A stretch of DNA of 63,944 bases, the filler included, from Hyphochytrium catenoides (lineage: Eukaryota; Protista; Hyphochytriomycota), in NCBI GenBank assembly GCA_900088475.1. It is 12 parts of 12 records of this genome, joined end to end, with 100 filler letters (N's around TTAATTAATTAA, not from the genome) between each part and the next. Parts side by side here need not be neighbours in the genome. Positions count along the whole stretch, not along the records: positions 45,499 to 54,849 come from FLMG01003531.1; positions 54,950 to 57,395 come from FLMG01002882.1; positions 57,496 to 60,534 come from FLMG01004381.1; 9 more parts are not named here. One strand, given 5' to 3'. The notes beneath the pieces were generated by a model. That model was not told the DNA's origin. It made no database searches and worked only from the letters and a program-made list of their open reading frames with translations. Below are positions 45,499-59,537 of the stretch, piece after piece (the stretch's first letter is position 1; each line of letters opens with the position of its first letter). A program made the translations under genes and the position numbers.

Positions 45499-48400
45499 TC
45501 AGTGCCCTTTTGTGGTGACCCGCTTGATGGCTTACTTGTCTCTCCTTTATCTGTACCTAGCTCTCCCTCCTTGGCAGAATCAATCACTCTTCCCTCTGCA
45601 AGTTCCTTTAGAGCAGTCTGGAGGTGCTGGATGGCCTGCAGACTAATTTCGGTGGTCTCTTTGTTCCCGGCAAAGGTGTGAAGGCAGCGGACGAGATCCA
45701 CAAAGACATCAACCACTGCCTCAAAATGACTCTTCATAATACGGTCTACGGATTGAAAGGCTAGCTTCACCAGCTCTGGCGAAGGGTCAGCAGCCACGAC
45801 GTTGTAAACTCCAAATATAGTCTTCCATCCACTTCGGATGTGCGCAGAACGGGCGATGATGAGCTGCTCCAGGCAGACAAGGATCAGCTCCTTCCTTGGC
45901 GCAGAGTTCGTGTTCGTGACAATGACCTCAAATGGCTGAGGGAGCATAATACAAACATTAATGACGTGAAGACGGTCCATAGAAACATTTACAAGCCAGA
46001 GTCGAAGCAAGATCATAAAGGTTGCAGGTCGCATCGCTGGCTAATGGCTGTCAACCAATACTAACGCTCGCTTTGGCGATGGGCGTAACTATGTGAAGCG
46101 GAGCAGAGAGCATGGACCCACAGCGGATGAATCCTGCTGAGTAGAACTGCATTGGCTGCAGACTCCATGCACAGTAGAATGGAAGAAAGTTTGACAAAAA
46201 TCGCCACTCAACGTGAGCGTTAGGAATGGAGGAAGATGAAATGACATTGACAGGAAGTAGTGGTCACTAACCCTCAGGAAGAGCTTCTGGAAGTGGAAGT
46301 CTCTCAGCTCATCCTTCTCCAGGAACTTGAAGGCCAACTGTCTAAGAGAGTCTATGGCAAACATAGATATAGATACATTTTCGTGGCAGCCCACTAGTGT
46401 AAAGTGACGGGAGAGTGTCTCCCACACTCTCGCCCAGATTACTCTGGGTCTGGCGTTCATATTATAGTCTGCGACTTCAACAATCTTCTGGAGAGAGAAA
46501 ACCCGTGGATGTGCCTGTTGATCTGCCTGCCCTACGCGGACACCGTATCCTGCTGAGCTCTGCGAGAGTTCGCCCATCGATACGTTGCAGAGCTGCTCCA
46601 CGAAGTCTTGAATCCCTTCTGAACTCAGCGTGACAGAGGACGAAAAGATTCGATCTAAGGCAGAAAAATCTACTTCATGTAGGATCTGCGCGGCGTTTGC
46701 CTCTTCCACCGCCTTGTTGACTTCCTCCCTATCATGTCAAGTAAGAATTCGACAGTGGCGATGGTAACAAACGTTAACTCGTCAGGGTACCAATGGCTGT
46801 GCTAAGGACAATAAGACTGACGGTCAAAGAATCAAACAAAGTCCACCAAAGGAAAGCGTTTGACATGTTAAGTCCTTAAAAGTCCTTAAGGGCATAGCTT
46901 TGTTGGAGCCTTCAGTACCAACCTTGAAGGAGTGGAGCTAAAGAGTCCTGTCGGAGTGTTAAGGCGACGACCGGCCATCACAGAGCTCCGCCCTGGCGTT
47001 TTCTTAGGTTCGTCCGATTGCAGAGGAAAGAATTTATCATCCGATTGCAAGCCCATGGCAAACATCTAGATGGAACGTGTACAAGCGGAAGAAGGCAATT
47101 AGCAAAGCCTATTCCACGCAGTAGAGAGAGTCAAGGAGGGACAAACAAGCCCAGGAACAGGTATACCAAGAGAGAAGCGAAGAGGCACCGTCAACTGCAG
47201 AGAATATAGAGCCACAGTGGCCAACCTGCAGCCTCGCCAGCTGAGATACGCACTGCAACACCTGGGCCCAGGACTCTCCAAGGTAATTCCCCTCTGTTAG
47301 TGCTATCGCAATGAGTGCCTTGATGCACTCCAAATTTTTGGGCCTCATCTCCTTCACGGTGTCCAATGTCGTAAACTTGGCTAGAGAAGTAACATATGCA
47401 TTCCTCTCTGTCGCCATTCCGTACGTGGCACTGATCCGAATCGCATGTCTGAAGGCTCGAAGACAAAGAGCAACTGTAGGCGGGTCATCTGAGGTCTCCA
47501 GAGCAATCGAAAGAACAGCCAGAACGGGAGTCCACGCCACTTCAAACATTGGCCTGACCGCGCTCTCCATCTGTTCTGCCCGAAGATATTGACTCTCCTC
47601 TCTCTTGGTTTTCTTGGTTGTACCGCGGCGTTTGAACATGGCCTCCGTCATCTGCACCATGGCCTCTCGTTCTTTAGTGAAAGCTTCTCTCTTCTGTTTC
47701 TCCCTCTCTGCATTATTGGCTCCGAAGAGGTCTGCACCTAAGCCACCTGCCTTCTGCTTTTGCCCCTGCTTGGCACGAAGCTCCTCATCGTCTTTTAGTG
47801 TGATCTCGTTCTGTTGGATTCGGTCGTATATTGCCATCAGGAACTCATCAGGTAGATTCTCGTTTGAAGATATTCCTCTATTGTTCTTGATAAAGCCTTC
47901 TTTCGTCATGCGACGGTTCTCCTATTGGGGTTGCAGGGTTCGCATACAATATAGTCATAAGGATAGAGTGAGAGAGGTTCAGAACAAACATTACAGGTTG
48001 AAGCAGGCCAACAGAGAGAACAGGGACACTGTGCGCGCGCCAGAGACATCCAAAGGAATAGGAGCCGCCACGGACTCCACGACGAAAAAGTAGAAGAGAT
48101 AAAGGGGCAAAAGCTGAACATGCAAGCTGATGTTCGCCCCACTTACCTGTATACTGGGGTTATGAAGGTCGGTGTTGAGCATAATGACGCTGAAGGCGAG
48201 GATGAAGGCCGTATCAGCAGAGGGAAAAACGCCTGGATTGTTGATGCAGTAACGCTCGGCAAACTTCTCCATAATTCGGTCAATCTTTTGTGCCTCCCCC
48301 GGGAGTCTGAAGCCGCTGAGAAAGTGTCTGATGGCGTTATCGAAGACCATTGACGTAAAGTCCATCTGATCGACGTACTCATGCAGGACCTGGTGGAAAG

Positions 48401-51400
48401 AAAGCGGATAGCGTAGGATGGATCAACTGAGTGGCGCTGGGGAAAAGAGACATGCAACCGCGCAGCATTAAACACAGCTACAGACGTTAACAAACGGTGA
48501 AGGCCTGTGATGTTGAGGGAGCCACATTTGCCTCTAAACGGTATGGGTGGCGCAAAGATTTGATAACCCACCTTAATGCAGAAGCCGTCTTGGTAACCAG
48601 CTTCTCTGCCTAAATAGTCCCCTATCTCGGTCTTGTTAAGTTCGTCCGCATGATCATGGAGGAACTTTGCCACACTCTTTGGTGTCTTTTCCAGATGGCC
48701 CTTCTCTACCAAGTATTGGATCCCAGCCGCGGGCTTCAAGTTAAACTTCAGGATACCGGTTTGTAGCTCCTAGAGAGAGTGAACACATTGGTGGTCAGGG
48801 TAGCACATGGGTAATGACAACGGACACGTAGACAAGATTAAAAACTTAGATCCTAGCCAGAGGGAAACGATTAGAGCTTCAAGGTCTGAAGGGATGTGCC
48901 TGCGGCAATGGCGCGGACAGCGGGTGAACTGGAAAGATAACAGAAAGGCCAAAACTTAATTTTACCTCCTTGATCCTCTGCTTCCGATCATACGACTCCA
49001 CCACTGACATAGAGTTAACTGCTGCTGTGATAGCGCCATCTGTCTTGTCATCATCCTCCACTTCCTCCCGCTTCTTTCTAATTGCTTTCTCTTGCTCCGC
49101 AAGCTGTGCAGCAGCCTCTGTGTGAGAGATGAGATGATCATCCGTACCAGAAGAGACGCTATTGAGTGACTTTAAAATATTGGCCAGACTCTCAAGTGCA
49201 ATATTCTTCAGAGCTGTCTCCTCCTGAGTTGTTCGTTTGTTTCCCTACGAATGGGGGGTCAGGCCTCATGATGCTCAAGGTCTCAACCCCAACCAGGGTA
49301 TCCCTTGTCGTCGTGGCTTCCGGTTGTTGAACCAGTACAAACCGGCTTTCCCATTCCGCTTAGCGCATGCCGTGCCTTACCATACGCCTATGCACGCCCA
49401 CCATCACCTTACCTGCAAGTCTGCTACGGCCCTGCCTTTGGCCACTTTGGCCAGCGCATTGACAATCCTTCGAAAGAGATCCATAGAATCCCAATCACAG
49501 TCGTAGTTGAGGAAGATTTCTACCAGGATAAGTGCGTCCTGAGAAAGGTTGTAGAAGACCTCGAGAACCAGCATCTTGTGCTCAAACGTGCTGTTTGGGC
49601 TCTCAAGGATACGAAGAAATATATTTGAGATGAACACCTGTAGAAAGGACAACCAGAATTGTAAGCGTCGGGAAATGAGGCATTCCCTGTTGTCCCGCCT
49701 GGTCATCATTGCCAAGCCCTTTGCATATCTCTCCTCCTTGTACAGTCGGGTTAAGTCTTTGTCTGTATACCTCAAACTCTGCCTTAAGATGGTCCTTAAA
49801 GTTCTTGATTAGGACGACAAAGAGTCTTAGAGACAGGTTGATGATCTGCGTAATGTTTGAGGTGCAGTTCTTGATGAGAGATATGCATAGGTACTGCCGG
49901 ATTGCGTAGATGAACTTCTCTCCGCTTCTGAAAGAAGGTCCTGCGTTCTCGAGGATGGACTGAATCAGCTCTAGAGAAAGAATCTTGCTCTGAAGGGCTA
50001 TCGGGTCAATCGCTTGATTGGGATCATCTGGTAGCGCTTTCATAGAGATCTTACAAAGAGACCGGAAAAGGAGGAAAGCATCCTTATGGAAGATGGAAGG
50101 AAAGACACCTAACGAACGAAGAGTCTTAGTGCAACGCTATCCATGTCCGCGCCCGGATCCAATGTGGGTGGACGGTCTGATAAAATGATTGGTTCATGTC
50201 TCAATCATCTCCCGTGGGAGATTATCGCTCTCCCTCCCTGTACCTTCATGACCCCTATTAACTCCAACTGTCACTCACCTGAGACCTGGTCCTTTGACTC
50301 CTCGTTGCCACCAGAAGCTGGAGACAGCTGTGGAGTGACGACGCCGGATACAGGGGTGCTGTCGCGATATCCCAGAAACTTTTCCACGGACGGATACATT
50401 GAAGAGCCAAAGAGCGGTGAGGTGGATGCTGGTGATGGAGCTACCTCGCCATTTGGAAGTCTTGGCGTTACAGCTTCGGGTGTGCGGGATATCGCGCCCG
50501 GTGACTTTAACAAAAGGAACAAATAGATGTGTCAGAACACCTGAGGGGTCTTAGATCTGCCCCAGGGTCTGGACGAGGGAAGACACAAACCTCTCCCGCC
50601 GAGGACGGAGAAGAAGGCACATCACTTGAAGGCTATTCGCATCGAGGAAGAGGCTAGAAGCTTTAACCCCGTGAAGGTCACTTTGCCATGTACCACTATA
50701 GCAATTGTAATGACACCCTTCAGCAGACCTCTCTCACCTGTAGCGGGGTGGACGACGCCTCCTTCTTGCTCTCTTTATCCTTCTTCTGCTCCTCCTCCTC
50801 TTTAAAGGCTCTTTGATGGAAGACCTCCATCTTTTGAAATACTGAGTTCAGCATCTGCGTCAAGATTGCTTTGGCGGTCGTCTTGTTCACCATATTTTTG
50901 CTGACAAGGTGGATATGATAGCAAGCTCGTACAGCCAACAGAAGGCTGCTCTCATGCACTTGACAGGATTGCGAAGTGACGGCAGTAAGAAGCGCCTTGA
51001 TAACCTGAAGAGTAGCAAAATGAAAGAGGAGGTAAGTAGACTAAAGAGGAGCGGACCTCTGCAGACTGACTCTCGAAGACCTTCCTAGCAACCAAGGTAA
51101 TTCAACGTTATGTGAGACAAAATGTGCTTTCTCCTTTACATATTGCTCTCGATTGCCAAGTAGATGGAGAGAAATGGCGGAGGACTTTACCTGGAGCTGA
51201 ACGTTATCGTCTGGTGAATCATTGCAGCTGCAGATGACTTCTATAATCTCATCCATCATGGTGCGCTGCACTGTGCCTGGCTCGCCTTCATTGTTCTCTT
51301 TCTGTTCTCCAGCGGCAGGAGTCGCCTCCGTCTTTGGAGCCTCTACTTTGGCCTCCCCTCGCAGGTAATTGTATGCCAGCAGCTTTTGGATGCAGTCTAG

Positions 51401-51669
51401 CGACGCTTCCATCATCCTGGGGTTTTTGGACTGGCAAGCTAGCTTGAGCGGTTCAAAGTACTTGTCGCCATCTGTTTCTGGAGGCGCTCCGCTCTCCGTA
51501 TGCTTCTGTAGAGCTTCGAGGACCGCATCGCACGAATCACGGATGTTCTTCTGCACGACGAGAGGGTTAGGAATCACCTTCCACGGTCAACTGATTGTGG
51601 TATGCGGACCTGCTTTCTTGTGGCCTCCTTCTTGATCTTCTTCAGGGCGCGAGTTATGAACACATCCAT
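45499..51669 (-). CDS. SEC7: BIG/Sec7-family large ARF guanine-nucleotide exchange factor; C-terminus truncated
   Basis: DCB (VQLQ|[27 protein letters not shown]), HUS box ([11 protein letters not shown]), Sec7 motifs [21 protein letters not shown] and [14 protein letters not shown], and HDS regions ([33 protein letters not shown]). Confidence 0.97.
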
Positions 51670-52509
51670 CTTGCCTTAGAGCTATGAAGAGATAAACGAT
51701 GTGCGGTTCGTAGGCCAAAACGCCTTCAAGCAATAATGCGCATGAGGTTCCTTAATAAACAAACGGGAAATGCTCAACCGGTGACCCTTCACTCTAGCCA
51801 CCTTGTATGCTCTTTGCCCACCGCTTAGACTACTGTGAGCTCGTCCTCGTCCTTCTGCCTACCGGGCCCTAAAAGTGCCGACCGACGGCCTTAGATATCG
51901 CTAAGCCCTCTGATTCTCTTAGGTCAGGTACAACCAGAGCTACTAAGCATGCACTAGGCGATAAGCAAGCGTTGCGCGCATGGCACCGTGTCTGATTTAG
52001 CCTTGTTAGGACGGACGGAGCTGGGCCAACGACCTGTAAGGCACCAAGCAGCACGTGCCGATGACCTGAGGACAATGATCTCTGTGGCGGTCTCTGTCAA
52101 GCGTCAAGAGCGCGGAAGACTGACCGAAAACAACAACAAAAAAAAAAGATTGTGAAACAAAAACCCAAACGCTTCGCATTACAGTAAATTATGTTTCCCC
52201 TGCAAACTATTGTGTTTGGTCGTTATGCATGCACGGAGCCTAATCTTAAGCTACGGGTTCCAAAAAGCAATGGGATGGTGGAGTTAACGCCGTTATTGAG
52301 AGTGCGTTCTCCTTATTTGGAGACGGGATCTGCATCTTCATCAGAGACTGTCTTCAACGGCCATCTGCGGATCAATAAAGTCTCTACAAGTAGAAGTTGG
52401 AAGCTGCTTCTTGAGGCGATGGGATGTAAAGCTCCAATCCCTGGCAGATCCAAGGTCCAAGGGTTGGCGAGCCGTCTAGGGTTTGTAGTGAGGGCCAGAC
52501 TGCAGCACG

Positions 52510-53597
52510 CTAAAGCACTGTCATGTCATCGGGTTCGCTAGATGGAGGGACCTCCTCGATTTGTCCTTCTGTCTTTTCCTCTAGCTCATCATCTGACTCT
52601 AGTTCAGCTGGTGTGAGTCGCGTTCGTCCTTGATGTGCTTCTATGCTTGAACGACTGGTGCTCGAGCGAGCAAGTTGATCCAAACTTCTTGTACTGTCGG
52701 TCGTCAGCGATTCTCGCAGTGCCTTAAAGGCAGGGCGGGGCTGGAACATCACGGCTGGCGGTAGAGTTTCCGGCAATTTGGCGTCCGCTGTTGCATCTCT
52801 TGGTCCAGAGCTTATTCCTCCAAAGGGCTAGATACAGAGGGAAGGTTTAGATAATTATTTGGCAAGAGGCATAAGCAAACTGCTAACCTTGCCACTACTT
52901 ATGACACGGAAGACTCTGCTCATGGCAGAGGAAGCTCCACCACGCATTTCCAGTTCTTGCCGCTTAAGCAGTTGTAGCTGTCCCTCTAGCTGATCTACAG
53001 AACTCTGAGCATGACTCACGATTTCCTAGCAGACAGGCAGAGGAGACAACGCAGATTTTCAGGAGAGTGGTAGGCGGATCAGATATGTCAGTGCATTTCA
53101 TTCGAAGATATTACCTCCAGCTGGTCTATCACTTGAAATAGCTTATTGATTTCCTTCGTTTGGTCCAGAAGCCGTGGTATCGTGACTTCGCGGAGTGTCG
53201 AGATCTCTCGCCGCGTCTGCATTTGAAGATGCATAATAGATTCGAGTCCTGTTAGTCTTCAGAATGCGCCGATGCGTCGGTATTTACTGGGCGGTCTACC
53301 TTGTCAGCTAAAGCACATCCTTCATCGTTATGAAAGAGGCCACGTTGGATCTCTTCCTCCAAGAGATATCTGCCTTCCTTAACTGAGGTCTCACTCTGAG
53401 GGGTGATGATCTGTTCCACCAGTGCGTCACACAAGCCCTTAAATCCTATTCACAGGCCCCAATTGTTAGTGTTTGGCTGGGTACGAAGTAGTCACTGGTG
53501 GTCCTGACAGACCTTGCTTCCTCTTCGCTTGGTCAATCTTGACCTCCTGGACCTTGCATTCCCGAAGCTGCACCGCTTCAAAGCCCACGTTCGTCAT
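52510..53597 (-). CDS. Coiled-coil protein resembling BLOC-1 subunit 4 (Cappuccino); 5 exons
   Basis: Spliced TIPRLLDQTKEINKLFQVIDQLE|EIVSHAQSSVDQLEGQL resembles the BLOC1S4 core. Short in-phase GT-AG introns, one with an ACTAAC branch point. Confidence 0.6.
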
Positions 53598-54949
53598 TTG
53601 GAGCTTATCTTACTCTTAGGTGCAATATAAACTCGTCCTTCTGAACCCTCGAGAGTTTATCCTTAGCTTTCATAAGACATGGCTGGGGGCTGAAGATGTC
53701 AGAGCCCCGTACGGTACCGCAAGTTATACAAAGAAGTTGTGTTGAACCAAGGTCAGCGCCTTCGTTTCTCCTTTCCGCACACTACCAAGGCCGTCAAATA
53801 CAGTCTTTACAACGAGACCACAGGACCTGCTAGTCTCTTCCGCACACTGCTGGGTTCTTCCCACTAAGACTGAGCGTAGTATCTGAAGAAGATGGTCTCC
53901 CGCCTCAACAGGCAAGTTTACTGAGAGCCAATGAAGCTTCAAACTCCATCCGCTGTCCGTCAACAATGCCATCTCTGTCTTCAGATCACTTGGCCGCTCG
54001 CGGGCCGCAGTCCTCTTCCAACGACGAAGGCGAGACGACTCACAGGAACGATTGCACCAGAAGGTTCCGAAGTATCACCGACAACAAGCTTCACACACCA
54101 TTTTGAACGAGTATTATCAGCCACAACCAATTTTGAGCTATCGAAAGCCCAAAATAACATAGATTCCAGCATCAAAACATTCCAAAGACTGACTTAGTTT
54201 ATTTACTTAGCCCAAAATATCAGGGAGCCGAAAGGCCCTTCAGTAACCATGGTCTGTTAATTTCGGATGACATGGCGTGTTTGATGGGTGATGGGTGGAA
54301 GGCTCGCAGTCCAGTTCGCAGGGTGGAAAGGCGCCAGCGAGGCGGAGGCAGCGGCGGAGCTGGGGAAAGATCGATCAGTCAATCGTCATGAGCGCGTGAG
54401 AGGCATGACGAAGAGCGGAGGGGAAGGGTGCAGGAGGCTGCGGTGATAAAGAGAAGGGATCAGAAGCGAGGAACGACTAGGAAGACACTCTGGGCTGGCA
54501 GAACCTGCAAAACGCTAAGGAGCAAGGACGAAGCAAAGGTCGAACCTACACCTACCCTCGCTGAGAAGTAAAGAGCTGGCTAGACTATAGTCTTGGCAAT
54601 GGCACTAGGCCCCTGAGGCTGTCCATTGATCAGTATGAGACAGGGGCAGGCGGACAGGCTTGGATAAGACTGAGGGCTAGCACTCTCAAGTGCAATTTAT
54701 AATAACTCCTCAACATGCCCTCAGCTTACAGACACCAAAGAGGCTGATGCTAGAGATTTGCGAGCAGAAAGGCAGTGACTTGTGCCCATGATCCCATGAT
54801 TGAGCCGTTAAGCCGATAGCTCTTTCACCAACTCAGACTGTCTAGAATGNNNNNNNNNNNNNNNNNNNNNNNNNNNNNNNNNNNNNNNNNNNNTTAATTA
54901 ATTAANNNNNNNNNNNNNNNNNNNNNNNNNNNNNNNNNNNNNNNNNNNN

Positions 54950-56300
54950 GAGTACGTTGAGCTGGAATCTGGAGAGGTGCATGACTCTGTGGTCATAACG
55001 AAGTCCGTGTCGGTCTCTCTTACGTAGTGCTCTTTTCCCTGAGTCTCTCTCTCTCTTGAGACTATTCAGTCTCAGCCAGTAGTCCTCTGTCTCTCGGGAT
55101 TTGGGGCAGATGTTTGCCATCCAACCCTGCACTGAGTGGCTTGCCGCGACTATCGTTAGAAGCTACATGGGCTTAGTTGAAAGTCGGTGCATTTTTGCTA
55201 AAGTAAGGAAAGATATGTAAACGTTGCGCCTATTGTTTGTATCGGGACGTACGTCTTTTTCACCTCACTTCCTCGCTCTCTGCCTCTCTCTCTCCCTATC
55301 TCTTCGCGCCCCTGATCAGACTTTCAAAGTGTTCTCCGACCTTCGAAAGGAGAGTCGTGATGAGCTATCTCTCTCCCACCACCGTGCATACTCTCTTTTC
55401 GCTTTTCTCGTTTATTATTGACTACTTATGGCTCGTCTATCTCCTTCTGGATCTGTCCAGGTCCCTAATTATCGCGGACCATCTTCTCTCTTCCGAAGCA
55501 CTTCGTGTCACTGTCAACCGCTCCACGCTTCTCTCTTAGGTGTTCCTTCTGGTCTCTCTCTCGCTCTCTCTGTCTCTTCTAGCCTTATTCATTTGCCTCT
55601 GCAACCCTTCCCCCAATCATTGGCAGCTCTGGCTTGGTACTTCCGCAGCTGGGTTTAGATGTCCTCTTGTCACTTTTCTTTCTCCTCCGTCGTCTATCCA
55701 GATAGAATCACCTTTCCTTCAGTCTCTCTGTTTCCTTTCCATGGTGTCTCTTCAAGGACTCAGCTCTATGGTTGCTCTGTGGTCCAAGCCACACGCTGTC
55801 CTGTTCACAATATCATCTCCATTAGTGCGGGCATCTTTCTTGTCGTCTTCATTCCATAGATTGTTGCCTCTTGCAGCCATCGCACTCTCTCTTCGTCAAG
55901 AGTCTGCTTCTTTCTTTGCTGTGTGAGAGATGAAGCGAATAATATTTTGTCTGGCAAAAAAAGAACATGAAAGATCTGATCTTCAGAGCTTGACCAGGTC
56001 GGCGATGGCGTATAACTCTTAGAGATGATACGGTAAGACGCGTCATCCGTTCTTTCGCTCCTCTTTGGACCGTTCTTCTCCCTTGCTCTGTGTCTCTCCC
56101 AAGGTCTCTCGTTGCTTTCTCTTCTTTGGTCAATGCTCTCGCGATTCCCTCTCTTTCTTTTCCTCTGTCATTGTTACTTCTAAGATGTCCAATCAGTCCT
56201 CTCATCAGGCTCCCTTCGGACCATAAAGACACCTCACGGTCTGCCCTTTCTCTCTTCCTCCACCGTCCATGCCCTGAAGCTGGTGATGCTTGTCAATCAT
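54950..56300 (-). pseudogene. Possible highly decayed coding or transposable-element remnant
   Basis: The purine-rich minus strand gives protein-like stretches broken by many stops. No diagnostic motif was recognised. Confidence 0.2.
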
Positions 56301-56875
56301 CTCCCCTCCATTGTCCTAAGGGAGAGACGAAGCTCTGTGAAAGGGTGCGTGTCAGCATAATGGAGAGAGAAAGAGATGGAGAAACAGCAAACATGCCGTT
56401 ATGCCAATCTTGATTGCCACTTTCCTCTTGCTATTCCCTTTTTGTCCATTCCTCTTCTATTTGACTCTTCCCTGTTCGAGTTCCTTCAGCCCAGTTTGAT
56501 AGGAAGGTCTCTAGGTCATGACAGCTCTGCGATTGAGATGTTCCGCATTCGTCGACGCGATCACCCCCAGCTCAATTGAAGCCACTACTGTCATGCCCGC
56601 ATGTAGAACTATTGGTCAAGAAAGAAGGGGTGAGCAGCATTGAGAAGGATAGGAACGCGAGACAATTGGCCGCTGCCTTCATCAGAACGAGGGAGCTTGG
56701 AAGCATTTTGAGGCATCTTTGCACCATTCATGAGATCAGACATCGATCGATCTTCGCAGATCTGACAAGAGCTTTGAAGGCCGCAAGTTAGAACTACACA
56801 TTGTCCCTCGACATCCACAACACAAGAGCAAGTGCATCTTTGAGAGCCTGAAGCGAAGGCAAAGGAAAGAGAGAA

Positions 56876-56928
<53 letters not shown>

Positions 56929-59537
56929 AAAGGAGAGAGAGAGAGAGAGAGAGAGAAGGAGAGAGAGAGAGAGAGAGAGAGTTATTCTCTAGGATGCTAG
57001 CCACGTGCAGCACGATCTTTCCTGTGCTCTTCTGACTTTTAGAATCTTCGGGTGGTTGGTCCATGACCAAACACACCACGTGAGCCAGACGTGTGACCCG
57101 GGTCGTTGTTAACCCGAGACGATATTGGACTCTGTCAATACCAACGTAGTGGTAGTTTGCAGAGCTTGTGCGAAGGGGGCTCGAATAAAGTATCGGGACT
57201 AGTCAAATAGAATCTTGTTCTATGGGTACGACCATCTTAGTTAGGAATAAAAAGACCAAAACAGCCCTCAACTCTTCCATTTTGGCCGAGACAGAGTATG
57301 ACTCAAAGTTAAAGAGGTTCGAATCTCGATTGATACAACATGGGTTTTCAAGAGACAGAGTACTGATTCAGAGTAAGAGATATGAGGAGGAAAAGNNNNN
57401 NNNNNNNNNNNNNNNNNNNNNNNNNNNNNNNNNNNNNNNTTAATTAATTAANNNNNNNNNNNNNNNNNNNNNNNNNNNNNNNNNNNNNNNNNNNNCTTCA
57501 TTGCTGCTTTCCGACTACTACTCCTACTCCTTACTTGCGCATCTGTAAAGACTTCTATTACTCTGCCTGCTGTTGTTGGCCAGCGCGGTACTTGGGGAGA
57601 GGAACCTCTTCTAGGCTGCTAAAGATACTCTAATGTACTGAACAAAGAAACCAGTATGAGTTGGTTCCCTGTGCTGACAACGAGTACTTCTACTTGCTGG
57701 TCGTACAATACACATTGAGCAGTCATGACACACTGTTGGTGGGTCTACCACCGCTCTGTACCTTCTAGTAAAGGTTTTGGCGTTGGTCGTCTGCCCAAAG
57801 GTGTGGCACAAGCGCCGCAGGCCACAGATTATTGCAGACGCAGCTCCAAAGCTTCAAAAGCTTGATGAGAGGCTGAGGACAAAGCTGCAGATTGGAGCTC
57901 TAGCAGAGCTTTTGGTACAGATAGAGTTGGGATATAGAGGCGTCAAAGATGCAGATCAGATCTCTTTGCCCTTCCTACAAGCTCCATCGTTGCTGAGAGC
58001 GCCCTCTACTTGTGTTCCTCGAGACCTAAATGTGCACTTTGTACCCATCTCCCGCTACGCTGTCTGCGTCTCATGAGCTGCAAGCTGCGTAGCGTTCTTA
58101 CGACTAGGAGAAGAGACATATGAGAGAGACACTGCCGAGGGTGGAAGAGGGAGCTCATGGTCTCAAGCGATATGGAGAGGAGATCTGGATTATAGAGATC
58201 GAAGTCTGCCTGTCGGTCGACTCCGTGTGCGTCCCTCCAGATCTCCATCTCTTGAGATCCGTCATTGAGACGCCTCTTCCTACTTCTCAGCTTCTGGGAT
58301 TCCCCTCTCTTGTCTGTCTTGTGGCGCTATCGCTCTTCTTCCTATCTCTTTATCTCCTGTAAGCAGAGATCAAGAAGGGGCCAAATTGCTTTGTGTCTGA
58401 TCTCTCTCTCGTTCCTTATGGTTATCCGGGGTCTCTGCTTTTCTCTCTCTCTTTCGCTATTTTCTCCTTACCTGCAACGCAGTGAGAGTGAGGTGATGAG
58501 CAGCACTGTCAGACATATCTCTGAAGACATTCAAACTCCAAACTATAGTCTTCAAAGTTCTCTGATCACTCCGCGTAAAGCCTGTTTCCCCTCTAAACCT
58601 CCTTCTCCTCCTGCATCATAGAACGTCTTTGAGACCTATCAGTGGTCTCTCTCTCTCTCTCTTTTCTGTTCTCTCGCTTTTGCTCTCTTTCTCTCTCTGT
58701 GTCTGTACGTCAAGGATGAGAGTTTGACCAAGCGTGATGTGTTGCTATAACACATTCATGATGAAGAGTACGAACTAATCTTCTCTCTGAGACATAACAG
58801 GCAAAGATAAAGAGAGAGATAGAGAGAGAGACTGAAGGGATGAGAGTATGCAGGTGAAAAGAGTGTAATGGCTTGGAGGGAAAGGCAGCAGTGAGCACTG
58901 AGGAAGAAGATGAAAGAGAGAGAGAGGAAGAGAGATCAGAGATAATAGGAGAAGAAGGTTCGAAGCGAGAGAATGGAGAGAGAGAGAGAGATGACTAGAA
59001 TCCGCTCCAATCTTTGGTGTCAGATCTGCGCGGATCTCACTCTTTTTTGCCATAGTGAGAGAGCTGGGGCCGGGTCACGGTTATCGTGAGCTCCCCTCTT
59101 CCGTGTACTGGCACCATACAGCGTCTAGAGCTCCATAGTACCCTTCTGAGCGCTTCCTCTCTCTCTCTCTCTCTCCATTGGAGAAGGAAAGAGAGAGAGA
59201 CCGGAGCACTTACCTCAGTTGTGTCTCCATTGCTCGTACATCTCCGCCCTCCATCTTCAACCCACGCCTTCGCTCTTCTTCGTTTGGCTGTTCTCTCTCT
59301 CCTTTCCCCGCTGATAGCAAGAGACAAGAAGAAGAGAGAGGCGCCTCTTTCCTCTTGCGAGCCTAACACTTGCAGTCTCTCTCGCTTCGCATTGTCAAGC
59401 GAGACGGTCAGCATAAGAGAGAAAGAACGCTGAGTGGCCCCCGAGTCTTTAGATTGCGACGGAGGGCAAGGCACATCGCCACGAGAGAGAAAGAGAGAGA
59501 GAGAATCCTCATTTACAAATAAAGGTCTCATAATGGA

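Noticed and set aside
57282-57330. tRNA or tRNA-derived SINE (TGGCCGAG ... GGTTCGAATC)
   Set aside because: A- and B-box-like words are present, but no acceptor, anticodon or proper T stem can be built.
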